Source of the DNA: Deinococcaceae bacterium
GTDB taxonomy: Bacteria; Deinococcota; Deinococci; Deinococcales; Trueperaceae
Reading direction: 5' to 3'
Length of the DNA: 14,662 bases
NCBI GenBank assembly: GCA_040256005.1
Contig: JBDZWC010000075.1
Location: 1 to 14,662 of the forward strand
Shown: piece after piece, positions 1 through 6,417 of the stretch
Numbering within the stretch: position 1 is the stretch's first letter
Layout of the letters: every line of letters starts with the position of its first letter
Notes under the pieces: model-generated
Seen by the model: only the letters and a program-made list of their open reading frames with translations
Database searches by the model: none
What the model was told of the DNA's origin: nothing
Translations under genes and position numbers: made by a program

Positions 1-92
1 AGCCCCTCGCGCATCATGTCCTGCATCTCCAGGACGCGGTTGACGAGCTCCTCATGGCTCATCGCCTCGAGCTCGGCTCGGGTCCTCTGCAT
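1..92 (-). CDS. Hypothetical protein, N-terminal part only (runs off the window start)
   Basis: Not in the ORF track. Reverse strand reads ATG(92) MQRTRAELEAMSHEELVNRVLEMQDMMREG..., open to the window edge with GC3-rich codons. A TAGACT -10 box (99-104) lies 6 nt before the ATG. Confidence 0.7.
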   Translation of the reverse strand, partial: MQRTRAELEAMSHEELVNRVLEMQDMMREG

Positions 93-175
93 GCCACGAG
101 TCTAGCGCCATCGACGCATCCAGGCGGCCTCACGTCACTCTCCGAGCAGGTCCCTGGCGGCGCGGCCGTGAAGGT

Positions 176-181
176 TATCGT
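176..181 (+). promoter_or_regulatory. Putative -10 box (TATCGT) of a leaderless amidase transcript
   Basis: TANNNT hexamer 5 nt upstream of ATG 187 with no clear SD. The same GTTATCGT-N5-ATG arrangement occurs at 3047-3062. Confidence 0.55.
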
Positions 182-186
182 GCCGC

Positions 187-1554
187 ATGGAACAAGACGT
201 GACGCGTCTCGGCGTGTCTGGACTTGGGGCCGCCTACCGCGCCGGCGACCTGGATCCCGTCGACGTGACGACGGCCCTGTTGCGACGCTCGCGGCAGCAT
301 CCGCACGGTCATCTCGTGTACCGCAAGCTCACCGAGGAGCGAGCCCTGGCGCAGGCCGAGAGGGCCAGCCGGATGTTCGCCTCCGGCGTGGACTGCGGAC
401 CCTTGCAAGGCGTTCCCGTGGCCGTCAAGGACCTGCTCGACATGGAGGGCGAGGTGAGCGCGGCGGGCTCCCGAGCGTTGCTGGGCCGGCGCGCGCCAGC
501 TCAGGAAGACGCGCCGGTCCTGGCCCGTCTGGACGCCGCCGGCGCCGTTCTCGTGGGCCGCACCAACATGACGGAGCTGGCCTACTCGGGCATAGGCATC
601 AACCCGCACTTCGGCACGCCACCGTGCGCGCTCGACCCGAGCCGCGTCCCGGGCGGCTCCTCCTCTGGCTCTGCCGTGGCCGTCGCGACCGGGCTGGCGA
701 CGGTGGCGGTGGGGTCGGACACCGGCGGCAGCGTGCGCATCCCCGCCGCTGTCAACGGCGGCGTGGGTCTCAAGACGACGGACGGCCTGATCCCCACCCA
801 GGGGAGCGTGCCGCTGTCGACGACCCTGGACACGATCGGGCCCATGGCGCGCGACTGCGACGACGCTTGGGCGCTGTTCACGACGATGGCGGCCCTGAGC
901 AGCCAGCCGTTGTCCGAGCCGGCCAAGCGGCTCACGCTCCTGGCGCCCACGACGTTGCTCACGGAGGACCTCGATCCCGAGGTGGAGAGCGCCTTCAACG
1001 GCGCGCTGGCGATGCTCGAGGCGCTGGGGCACGAGGTGAGGACCGGCGCGCTGGCTGAGCTGAACGAGGCGCCCGACATGTACCGCCGCTACGGGAGCTT
1101 CGCTAGCCACGAGGCCTGGGCCCTGTACGAGGACGTCCTGCGCGAGCACGACGACGAGATCGACCCCAGGGTGTCGCGGCGCATCCGCGAGTACGCGGAC
1201 CGTCCCGCGAAGGACTACGTCCGGCTGACGCTGGCGCGGCGAGACCTGAGGCGACGCTTCTGGCCTGGGCTCGCCGGCATAGACGCGATCGTCGCCCCCA
1301 CGATCCCGATCCTGCCGCCCAGGATCGCCGACCTGGTCGACGACACCGAGTACTTCCGGGCCAACGGCCTGATCCTGCGCAACACCGCCCCGTTCAACGT
1401 CCTGGGATGCCCGGCGGCCAGCGTGCCCTGCGGCACCACGTCGTCCGGGCTCTCGGTGGGCTTGATGATCGCCACGCGGCCGGGCGAGGAGGAGCTCGCA
1501 CTTGGCATAGGCCGCCAGGTGGAGCGCGCCGTGGCAGGTCGCGCCGGGGTCTGA
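187..1554 (+). CDS. Amidase-signature family enzyme (455 aa)
   Basis: GPLQGVPVAVKDL (catalytic Lys), PGGSSSGSA and GSDTGGSVRIPAA (Ser-cisSer-Lys triad). GRTNMTELAYSGIGINPHFGTP differs from the GatA-type TNMDEFAMGSS, so it is probably not gatA. Confidence 0.92.
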   Translation: MEQDVTRLGVSGLGAAYRAGDLDPVDVTTALLRRSRQHPHGHLVYRKLTEERALAQAERASRMFASGVDCGPLQGVPVAVKDLLDMEGEVSAAGSRALLGRRAPAQEDAPVLARLDAAGAVLVGRTNMTELAYSGIGINPHFGTPPCALDPSRVPGGSSSGSAVAVATGLATVAVGSDTGGSVRIPAAVNGGVGLKTTDGLIPTQGSVPLSTTLDTIGPMARDCDDAWALFTTMAALSSQPLSEPAKRLTLLAPTTLLTEDLDPEVESAFNGALAMLEALGHEVRTGALAELNEAPDMYRRYGSFASHEAWALYEDVLREHDDEIDPRVSRRIREYADRPAKDYVRLTLARRDLRRRFWPGLAGIDAIVAPTIPILPPRIADLVDDTEYFRANGLILRNTAPFNVLGCPAASVPCGTTSSGLSVGLMIATRPGEEELALGIGRQVERAVAGRAGV

Positions 1555-1594
1555 CGCGACGTGGCCAGGCCGCTCGGCCCGGCGCCGGGGCCGT

Positions 1595-2050
1595 TCAGTC
1601 CGCGATGTAGAGGTACAGGACCTCGGCCACCAACGCCGGCGTCTGCGCGCCTTCGGCCGTGACCTCGCAGGCGATCTTGGCCAGGACTCGCCCCTGGCCC
1701 TTGGGCTGCAGCTCCGCGATCCGGCCCGTGAGCCGGACCGAGGACCCGGAGGGTAGAGGCGCGGGGAAGCGCACCTTGTCGATCCCGTAGTTGATGACGG
1801 TCACGCCGTCAGGGAACAGGCCCGTCGTCGTGAGCAGGTGGACCAGCAGCGACAGGGTCAGGTAGCCGTGCCCGACGGTGCCGCCGAACGGCCCGGTGGC
1901 GGCGCGCTCTCTGTCCACGTGGATCCACTGGTGGTCCAGCGTGGCGTCGGCGAAGGCGTCGATGCGCTCCTGCGTCACCCGTACGGCGTCGCTGGGTCCG
2001 AGCTCACGCCCGAGCAGGTCGTACAGGAAAGCGAGCTTGGGTTCGGCCAT
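1595..2050 (-). CDS. MaoC-family (R)-specific enoyl-CoA hydratase/dehydratase (151 aa)
   Basis: Hydratase-2 motif FADATLDHQWIHVD...GPFGGTVGHGYLTLSL and INYGIDKVRFPAP. Start moved to ATG 2050 (MAEPKL); the longer ORF-track N-terminus overlaps the upstream gene. Confidence 0.92.
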   Translation of the reverse strand: MAEPKLAFLYDLLGRELGPSDAVRVTQERIDAFADATLDHQWIHVDRERAATGPFGGTVGHGYLTLSLLVHLLTTTGLFPDGVTVINYGIDKVRFPAPLPSGSSVRLTGRIAELQPKGQGRVLAKIACEVTAEGAQTPALVAEVLYLYIAD

Positions 2051-2055
2051 CTGGG

Positions 2056-3042
2056 TCAGTATCGCCCATCGGCCGGAGCGTTCCCGGGGCGGCCCGGGAC
2101 GTCGCTGGCGACCAGGCGACGCGGTAGGGCGGTCCGCACCAGAGCCAACACCCCGAGCGCGGCTACCAGGCCGCTGACGTACTTCACCAACACGTCGGTG
2201 ACGATCACCTGTGTGAGCCAGCCCGCCGTGGCGAACTCCTCGCCAACGAACGCGAGCAGCGTGAACACGACGGTGTCTATGGGCGCGCTGATGGCGTTGG
2301 AGGTAGCCACCCTGCGGAGCCACCGCCGACCGCGGAGCCGGTGGAAGACCTCTGTGTCCGCCGTCTCGGCGAGCACGATGCTGAGGAAGCTCACACCCAC
2401 GTAGCGCAGCGGGGTCCCCAGGGACGCCGCGAGCGCCACGTTGGCGACGGCGGCGAGCAGGATCATGCGGTAGACGGTGGGGCGGCCGAAGGCATGAACG
2501 CGGTCGCGCTGCGTGAAGGTGACCCCGAAGAAGAACGTGCCCACGTTGACGAGGAAGAAGCTGCCCAACGGCAGGAAGCTATCGAGCGTGAAGTTCGCGA
2601 GCAGGGTGCAGGCCACGTAGACGCAGACGGCCTGAGCGAGGCCCTGCGGCCGCACCTCGCGCAGGATCGCCGCCAGGGCTACGGCCGTCACCGGGCACAG
2701 GAGGTACCTGGCGTCGGCCGCCGGCAGGGACAACGTCGCCGCGCCGGCTGCCAGTCCCAGCAGAAGCGCCCCAGCCAGGCGCGCCAGCGCAGCCCGGCGC
2801 GACGAGCTGACGGTCAGGTCGGTGAGCGGCCCGGTGAGCACGGCTCCCAGCAGCGGTATGGCGGCCAGCGGGAGCCTGTCCAGCGGCTCCTGTCCGAAGC
2901 GCGACAGCCAGAGCAGGATGGCGGGCCCTACCCCCGACGCTATCGCTGTCAACGCCAGCAGGACAGCAGGCAGGTAGCCACCACGTGGCCCCCGCCCCGG
3001 GGGTTCCGGGGCGCCTGGAACGTCAGCAGTGTGAGCGGGCAC
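2056..3042 (-). CDS. VUT family (YhhQ-like) queuosine-precursor/vitamin transporter with an extra N-terminal membrane region
   Basis: C-terminal ~190 aa show VUT-type motifs: LLAN, VGTFFFGVTFTQRDRVH, SIVLAETADTEVF, RVATSNAISAPIDTVVFTLLAF, LVK. The N-terminal ~130 aa are hydrophobic (about 4 helices). Start (GTG 3042) is uncertain. Confidence 0.82.
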   Translation of the reverse strand: MPAHTADVPGAPEPPGRGPRGGYLPAVLLALTAIASGVGPAILLWLSRFGQEPLDRLPLAAIPLLGAVLTGPLTDLTVSSSRRAALARLAGALLLGLAAGAATLSLPAADARYLLCPVTAVALAAILREVRPQGLAQAVCVYVACTLLANFTLDSFLPLGSFFLVNVGTFFFGVTFTQRDRVHAFGRPTVYRMILLAAVANVALAASLGTPLRYVGVSFLSIVLAETADTEVFHRLRGRRWLRRVATSNAISAPIDTVVFTLLAFVGEEFATAGWLTQVIVTDVLVKYVSGLVAALGVLALVRTALPRRLVASDVPGRPGNAPADGRY

Positions 3043-3048
3043 CGGCGT

Positions 3049-3054
3049 TATCGT
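3049..3054 (+). promoter_or_regulatory. Putative -10 box (TATCGT) of a leaderless thioesterase transcript
   Basis: TANNNT 5 nt before ATG 3060, identical to the amidase upstream arrangement. Confidence 0.55.
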
Positions 3055-3059
3055 TCACC

Positions 3060-3491
3060 ATGCCTTCCCCCGGCGACAAGCGCGCAGGTGACGGAACCGC
3101 GAGGCGGTACCTCGGCACGGTACCCGACACCTTGCTCGAGACACTCGGCATCGTCGTGACGCGGGCGGACGAGGACCGCGTGGAGGCCACCATGCCGGTC
3201 ACCACGCGGCACCACCAACCGCACCGCATCCTGCACGGCGGCGCTTCGGTGGCGTTGGCCGAGACGGTGGCCAGCATCGGCGCGAGCCTCGGGCTGCCGG
3301 ATGGGCACAGGGCCGTGGGCCTGGAGATCAACGCCAACCACATCAGGCAGGTCGCTTCCGGGAACGTGCACGGCGTCGGCATCCCACTCCACAGGGGCAG
3401 ACGCACGCACGTATGGCAGGTAGAGATCCGCGACGAGGCCGAGAGGCTCGTTTGCGTCTCCCGCTGCACGGTGGCGATCATCGAGACCTGA
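3060..3491 (+). CDS. PaaI/hotdog-fold acyl-CoA thioesterase (MenI/YdiI/ComA2-like, 143 aa)
   Basis: ATMPV...[60 protein letters not shown]. Start set at ATG 3060 to avoid overlap with the divergent VUT gene. Confidence 0.92.
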   Translation: MPSPGDKRAGDGTARRYLGTVPDTLLETLGIVVTRADEDRVEATMPVTTRHHQPHRILHGGASVALAETVASIGASLGLPDGHRAVGLEINANHIRQVASGNVHGVGIPLHRGRRTHVWQVEIRDEAERLVCVSRCTVAIIET

Positions 3492-3499
3492 AACGAAGC

Positions 3500-3525
3500 G
3501 GGGCGGAGCTCTGTCGCTCCGCCCC
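3500..3525. terminator. Hairpin terminator between the convergent thioesterase and tRNA-Pro
   Basis: Perfect 10-bp stem GGGGCGGAGC (3500-3509) / GCTCCGCCCC (3516-3525) with a 6-nt loop. On the minus strand it is followed by GCTTCGTTTC, 4 nt past the tRNA CCA end. Confidence 0.75.
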
Positions 3526-3527
3526 AG

Positions 3528-3606
<79 letters not shown>

Positions 3607-3618
3607 ACGCGAATAGCC

Positions 3619-3648
3619 AGTCTACTTGAACGCCGGCTCCCGCGGCAA
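3619..3648 (-). promoter_or_regulatory. Sigma70-type promoter for tRNA-Pro
   Basis: Minus strand TTGCCG (3643-3648), 18-nt spacer, TAGACT (3619-3624), ending 12 nt upstream of the tRNA 5' end. Confidence 0.6.
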
Positions 3649-3676
3649 CCTGAGGTGAGGCACCCGGCACGAGGTC

Positions 3677-4243
3677 TCACTCCTCGAACCACCCCACCCG
3701 CGAGATCGCCGCCTGGACCGCGTCGGGGTCGAACCCGCGCCTGCCCAGGAACGCCCGCGCCTTCGCCTCCGCGCGCCTGAGCCACAGCGACCGTTCGTAG
3801 TCGTCGACGCCATCCGGGGGATCGGCCGGCTGGTAGCGCCAAGCGTTCTTGCGCAGGAGGTCAGCGGCGGCCGACGCCTGTTGCTGCGTGCTCAGCGCAC
3901 CGACGTGCGGAGCCAGGACCTCCTCGTCGATCCCGCGCCTGAGCAGGTCGCGTCGCAGCGCGAAGCGGCCGTGGCTGGAACTGCGGCCGGCCACGAAGCG
4001 CTCGGCGTAGGCGTCGTCGTCGGCCAGGCCCAGCTCCTCGAGGCGCGTCATCAGCTCATCAGCCGTAGAGGCGGCCACGCCGCGCCGCGTCAGCTTCTGC
4101 CTGAGCTGGTGCACCGTGTAGGCCTGCCGGCTCAGCAGGTCCAGAAGGTATTCCCATGCGCCGTCGCGATCCAACAGCCGGGCGGCTCGCCGCCTGGGGC
4201 CGGGGCCGGAACCCTCTCCCGAGCTCGACCCGGAACTGGTCAC
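3677..4243 (-). CDS. recX: Regulatory protein RecX
   Basis: AWEYLLDLLSRQAYTVHQLRQKL, RLEELGLADDDAYAERFV, HGRFALRRDLLRRGID, KARAFLGRRGF: the three-repeat RecX pattern. GTG start overlaps the upstream TGA (GTGA 4240-4243). Confidence 0.88.
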   Translation of the reverse strand: MTSSGSSSGEGSGPGPRRRAARLLDRDGAWEYLLDLLSRQAYTVHQLRQKLTRRGVAASTADELMTRLEELGLADDDAYAERFVAGRSSSHGRFALRRDLLRRGIDEEVLAPHVGALSTQQQASAAADLLRKNAWRYQPADPPDGVDDYERSLWLRRAEAKARAFLGRRGFDPDAVQAAISRVGWFEE

Positions 4244-5424
4244 TTGAGCACCTTGACCGGGTCGAGGCGCGCGGCGCGCCTAGCCGGGAACACGCCGGCG
4301 ATGACGCTGGTGATCAGGGAGACGCCACAGACCCACAGGACGTCGAACGGCTGCACCTCTACCGGCAACTGGGTGATGAAGTACAGGTCTCCCGGCAGCG
4401 GGAAGGGCTGGACGCGGAAGTACGTTGCGACCGCCAGCCCCAGCAGGGCTCCCAGTACGGTGCCGGCCGCACCCAGCATGAAGCCCTCCAGCACGAACAC
4501 CGAGACGACCTGCCGCTCCGAAGCTCCGAGCGCCCGGAGGATGCCGATCTCCTCGGTCTTCTCGGCCACGGTGAGCACCAGCACGTTGGCGATGCCGAAG
4601 GCTGCGACGACGACGATCAGGAACACCACGACGCCTATGACCGCCTTCTGGAGGCGGAGCTGACTGATGAGACTGGAGAACAGGCTCTCCCAGGTGACGG
4701 GCCGAAGCGAGAAACGCTCTGCCAGGTCGAGGCCCACTGCCTGCGCCCGCGTGGGCTCCGCGACCCGGACGTGGTAGCCGGAGATGCGCCCGGGAGCGTT
4801 CATGTACTCCTGCAGTGCGCCGATCGAGAGGTAGGACGTCACCGCGTCGATCAGCTCGTTGCCGACCCGGAACGTGCCGGCGACGGTGAAGGTGGCGGTG
4901 GCGCCCGAGATGTCGCGCACCATCACCTCGTCACCCACCCTCACGCCCAGCTGCTGTGCGAGGGAGCTGCCCAGCACGATCCCGCCGGCGGTGGCGAGCG
5001 CGTCGGCTTGCTGCTCCAGGACCGGCAGGTCGAGCACGGCCGACTCGCGCACGGTGTCGATGCCGATCATCTGCGTGTAGCCCTGCCTGGCGCTGATGCC
5101 CAGGGAGGCGCTGGCGCGCCTGGCTATGAGCGCCTGGGTGGTGAGGAACGGTGCGGCGGCGGTGACGCCCGGCGACCCTGCCACGGCTGCCAGGAGGTCA
5201 GGCTCGTCGGTGAGGGTGTCGCCGGGCAGGTAGCTCTGCAGGGTGACCATCGGCGTGGCCCGCAAGGTGCTCGTGACCAACTCGTCGATGAAGCCGTTGG
5301 TGAGGGACAGAGCGATTATCAGGACGGCGACCCCAACGGCCACGCCGGCCACCGTGAGCCCCGATTGAAGTAGGCGGCGGCGAACGTGCTTGAGCGCGAG
5401 GTACGGGACCAGCGGCCGGCTCAC
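4240..5424 (-). CDS. ABC transporter permease, LolC/LolE (MacB/FtsX-type) family
   Basis: N-terminal TM (LTVAGVAVGVAVLIIALSLTNGF), a periplasmic domain, then VAAFGIANVLVLTVAEKTEEIGILRALGAS, YFITQLPV and PARRAARLDPVKVL. Confidence 0.9.
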   Translation of the reverse strand: MSRPLVPYLALKHVRRRLLQSGLTVAGVAVGVAVLIIALSLTNGFIDELVTSTLRATPMVTLQSYLPGDTLTDEPDLLAAVAGSPGVTAAAPFLTTQALIARRASASLGISARQGYTQMIGIDTVRESAVLDLPVLEQQADALATAGGIVLGSSLAQQLGVRVGDEVMVRDISGATATFTVAGTFRVGNELIDAVTSYLSIGALQEYMNAPGRISGYHVRVAEPTRAQAVGLDLAERFSLRPVTWESLFSSLISQLRLQKAVIGVVVFLIVVVAAFGIANVLVLTVAEKTEEIGILRALGASERQVVSVFVLEGFMLGAAGTVLGALLGLAVATYFRVQPFPLPGDLYFITQLPVEVQPFDVLWVCGVSLITSVIAGVFPARRAARLDPVKVLK

Positions 5425-5430
5425 TCAGGC

Positions 5431-5436
5431 AGGCTA
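5431..5436 (-). promoter_or_regulatory. Putative -10 box (TAGCCT) of a leaderless permease-recX transcript
   Basis: TANNNT 6 nt upstream of GTG 5424; no SD. Confidence 0.55.
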
Positions 5437-5526
5437 TCCGTAAGTGAGGCCCCGGCGCCATACGCGTCGGCAACCACCCAGGGCACGTCGCCGCCAGGCG
5501 TTTCGCGGACTAGAGCTGCTGCGAGT

Positions 5527-6189
5527 TCAGTCGACGGTGGAAGCGGGGGCCCTGCGCATGGCCAGCAGTTGCGGCGTGGCCTCGAAATCGCTGGCGAGGA
5601 CGTCGGTTAGCTCCGGACCGTTGCGCCCGTAGCGCACGACCTCGACCTCGATCCGGCGCACGCCCCAGCTGATAGCGGTGGAGTACTCGGGGAACCAGAC
5701 GTCCATCTGCTGGGACTTGCGGGAGTGCATCGTGTCTTCGACGATGAACAGACCCTGCGAGTCGAGCAGGTGCTGGAAGGCTCCCGCTCCCCGTCCCGTG
5801 TAGTAGCTGCCCAGGTCCTTCAGCCTTATCAGCGAGCCGTAGGGGATGGCGTCGCCGAGCAGGTCGCGGCTCACGGCCACGATGCCGAAGCGGGTCCTGG
5901 CGCCGGTGGCGGTGACGAACGGTGTGGAGTCGGTCTGGTTGGAGAGCGAGTTGTAACCGGTGGCGCGTAGCACGAAGGTGGGGTTGGAGACCGGCCCCAC
6001 GTTCACCGAGAACCGGGAGTCAGGCTCCACCGGCGTATCGCGGATGACGGCGACGGGGGAGATGCTCAGTTCCACTGCACCGGAGTCGCTCACGTCGACC
6101 GTTGGTTCTCGAGGCGCGCTGAAGGCTGTGATGAGGGCGGTGATCACCAGGCCAAGCGCCAGGAGCTTACCGCTGATGTGCAAGGCCAC
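5527..6189 (-). CDS. Exported/membrane-anchored 3D-domain (three-Asp, MltA-like) protein, putative peptidoglycan-remodelling enzyme
   Basis: ATGYNS...QTDSTPFVTATG, GIVAVSRD, IPYGS, FIVEDTM, QMDVWF, WGVRRIEV: the 3D-domain pattern, after an N-terminal hydrophobic helix. Start set at GTG 6189, which has GGAGG 5 nt upstream; the ORF extends to 6225. Confidence 0.88.
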   Translation of the reverse strand: MALHISGKLLALGLVITALITAFSAPREPTVDVSDSGAVELSISPVAVIRDTPVEPDSRFSVNVGPVSNPTFVLRATGYNSLSNQTDSTPFVTATGARTRFGIVAVSRDLLGDAIPYGSLIRLKDLGSYYTGRGAGAFQHLLDSQGLFIVEDTMHSRKSQQMDVWFPEYSTAISWGVRRIEVEVVRYGRNGPELTDVLASDFEATPQLLAMRRAPASTVD

Positions 6190-6194
6190 AGAGC

Positions 6195-6218
6195 CCTCCC
6201 AACCAGCGGATGCTAACA
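6195..6218 (-). promoter_or_regulatory. Extended -10 promoter (TGtTAGCAT) and SD (GGGAGG) for the 3D-domain gene
   Basis: Minus strand GGTGTTAGCATCCGCTGGTTGGGAGGGCTCTGTG; TAGCAT at 6210-6215, SD at about 6195-6200. Confidence 0.5.
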
Positions 6219-6417
6219 CCTTCACATGAGAGCAGCCGTGTTCGGAGGTAAGCTACTCGTTTCCCTCGGTCTCATCCTCGGTGGTGCCGGCCGGCGCGAC
6301 TGACACGCCGGCGCGGGAAGCTTCGTGACGCCCGTGGCGGCGTCTCCTACCGCGTCGCGGGTTAGGCTGCGCCCGAGTCTGCCGGCGAACGAGTCGGCGA
6401 GGAGAACCAAGAAGAGA

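Noticed and set aside
54..1149. Long alternative ORFs 54..1058 (+) and 175..1149 (-)
   Set aside because: Shadow frames of the amidase; Arg/Gly/Pro-rich or antisense with no motifs, as expected in high-GC DNA.
187..1554. Calling the amidase gatA
   Set aside because: Lacks GatA-specific motifs, and no gatB/gatC is adjacent.
1575..1593. GC hairpin between the convergent amidase and MaoC genes as a terminator
   Set aside because: Short, imperfect stem (CGGCCC/GGGCCG) with no U-tract; likely by chance at this GC content.
2051..2323. ORF-track N-terminal extension of the MaoC protein
   Set aside because: Overlaps the VUT gene in another frame and is low-complexity; ATG 2050 gives a normal-length MaoC.
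4156..5373. 405-aa plus-strand ORF, and similar antisense ORFs at 2341..3159, 9197..10087 and 10399..11019
   Set aside because: Antisense mirrors of well-supported minus-strand genes with no recognisable domains.
6226..6417. c-di-AMP (ydaO) or c-di-GMP riboswitch upstream of the 3D or GT2-SLT genes
   Set aside because: Only a fragmentary resemblance (CAGCCTAACCCG on the minus strand); the conserved aptamer blocks are absent. An Rfam scan would settle it.
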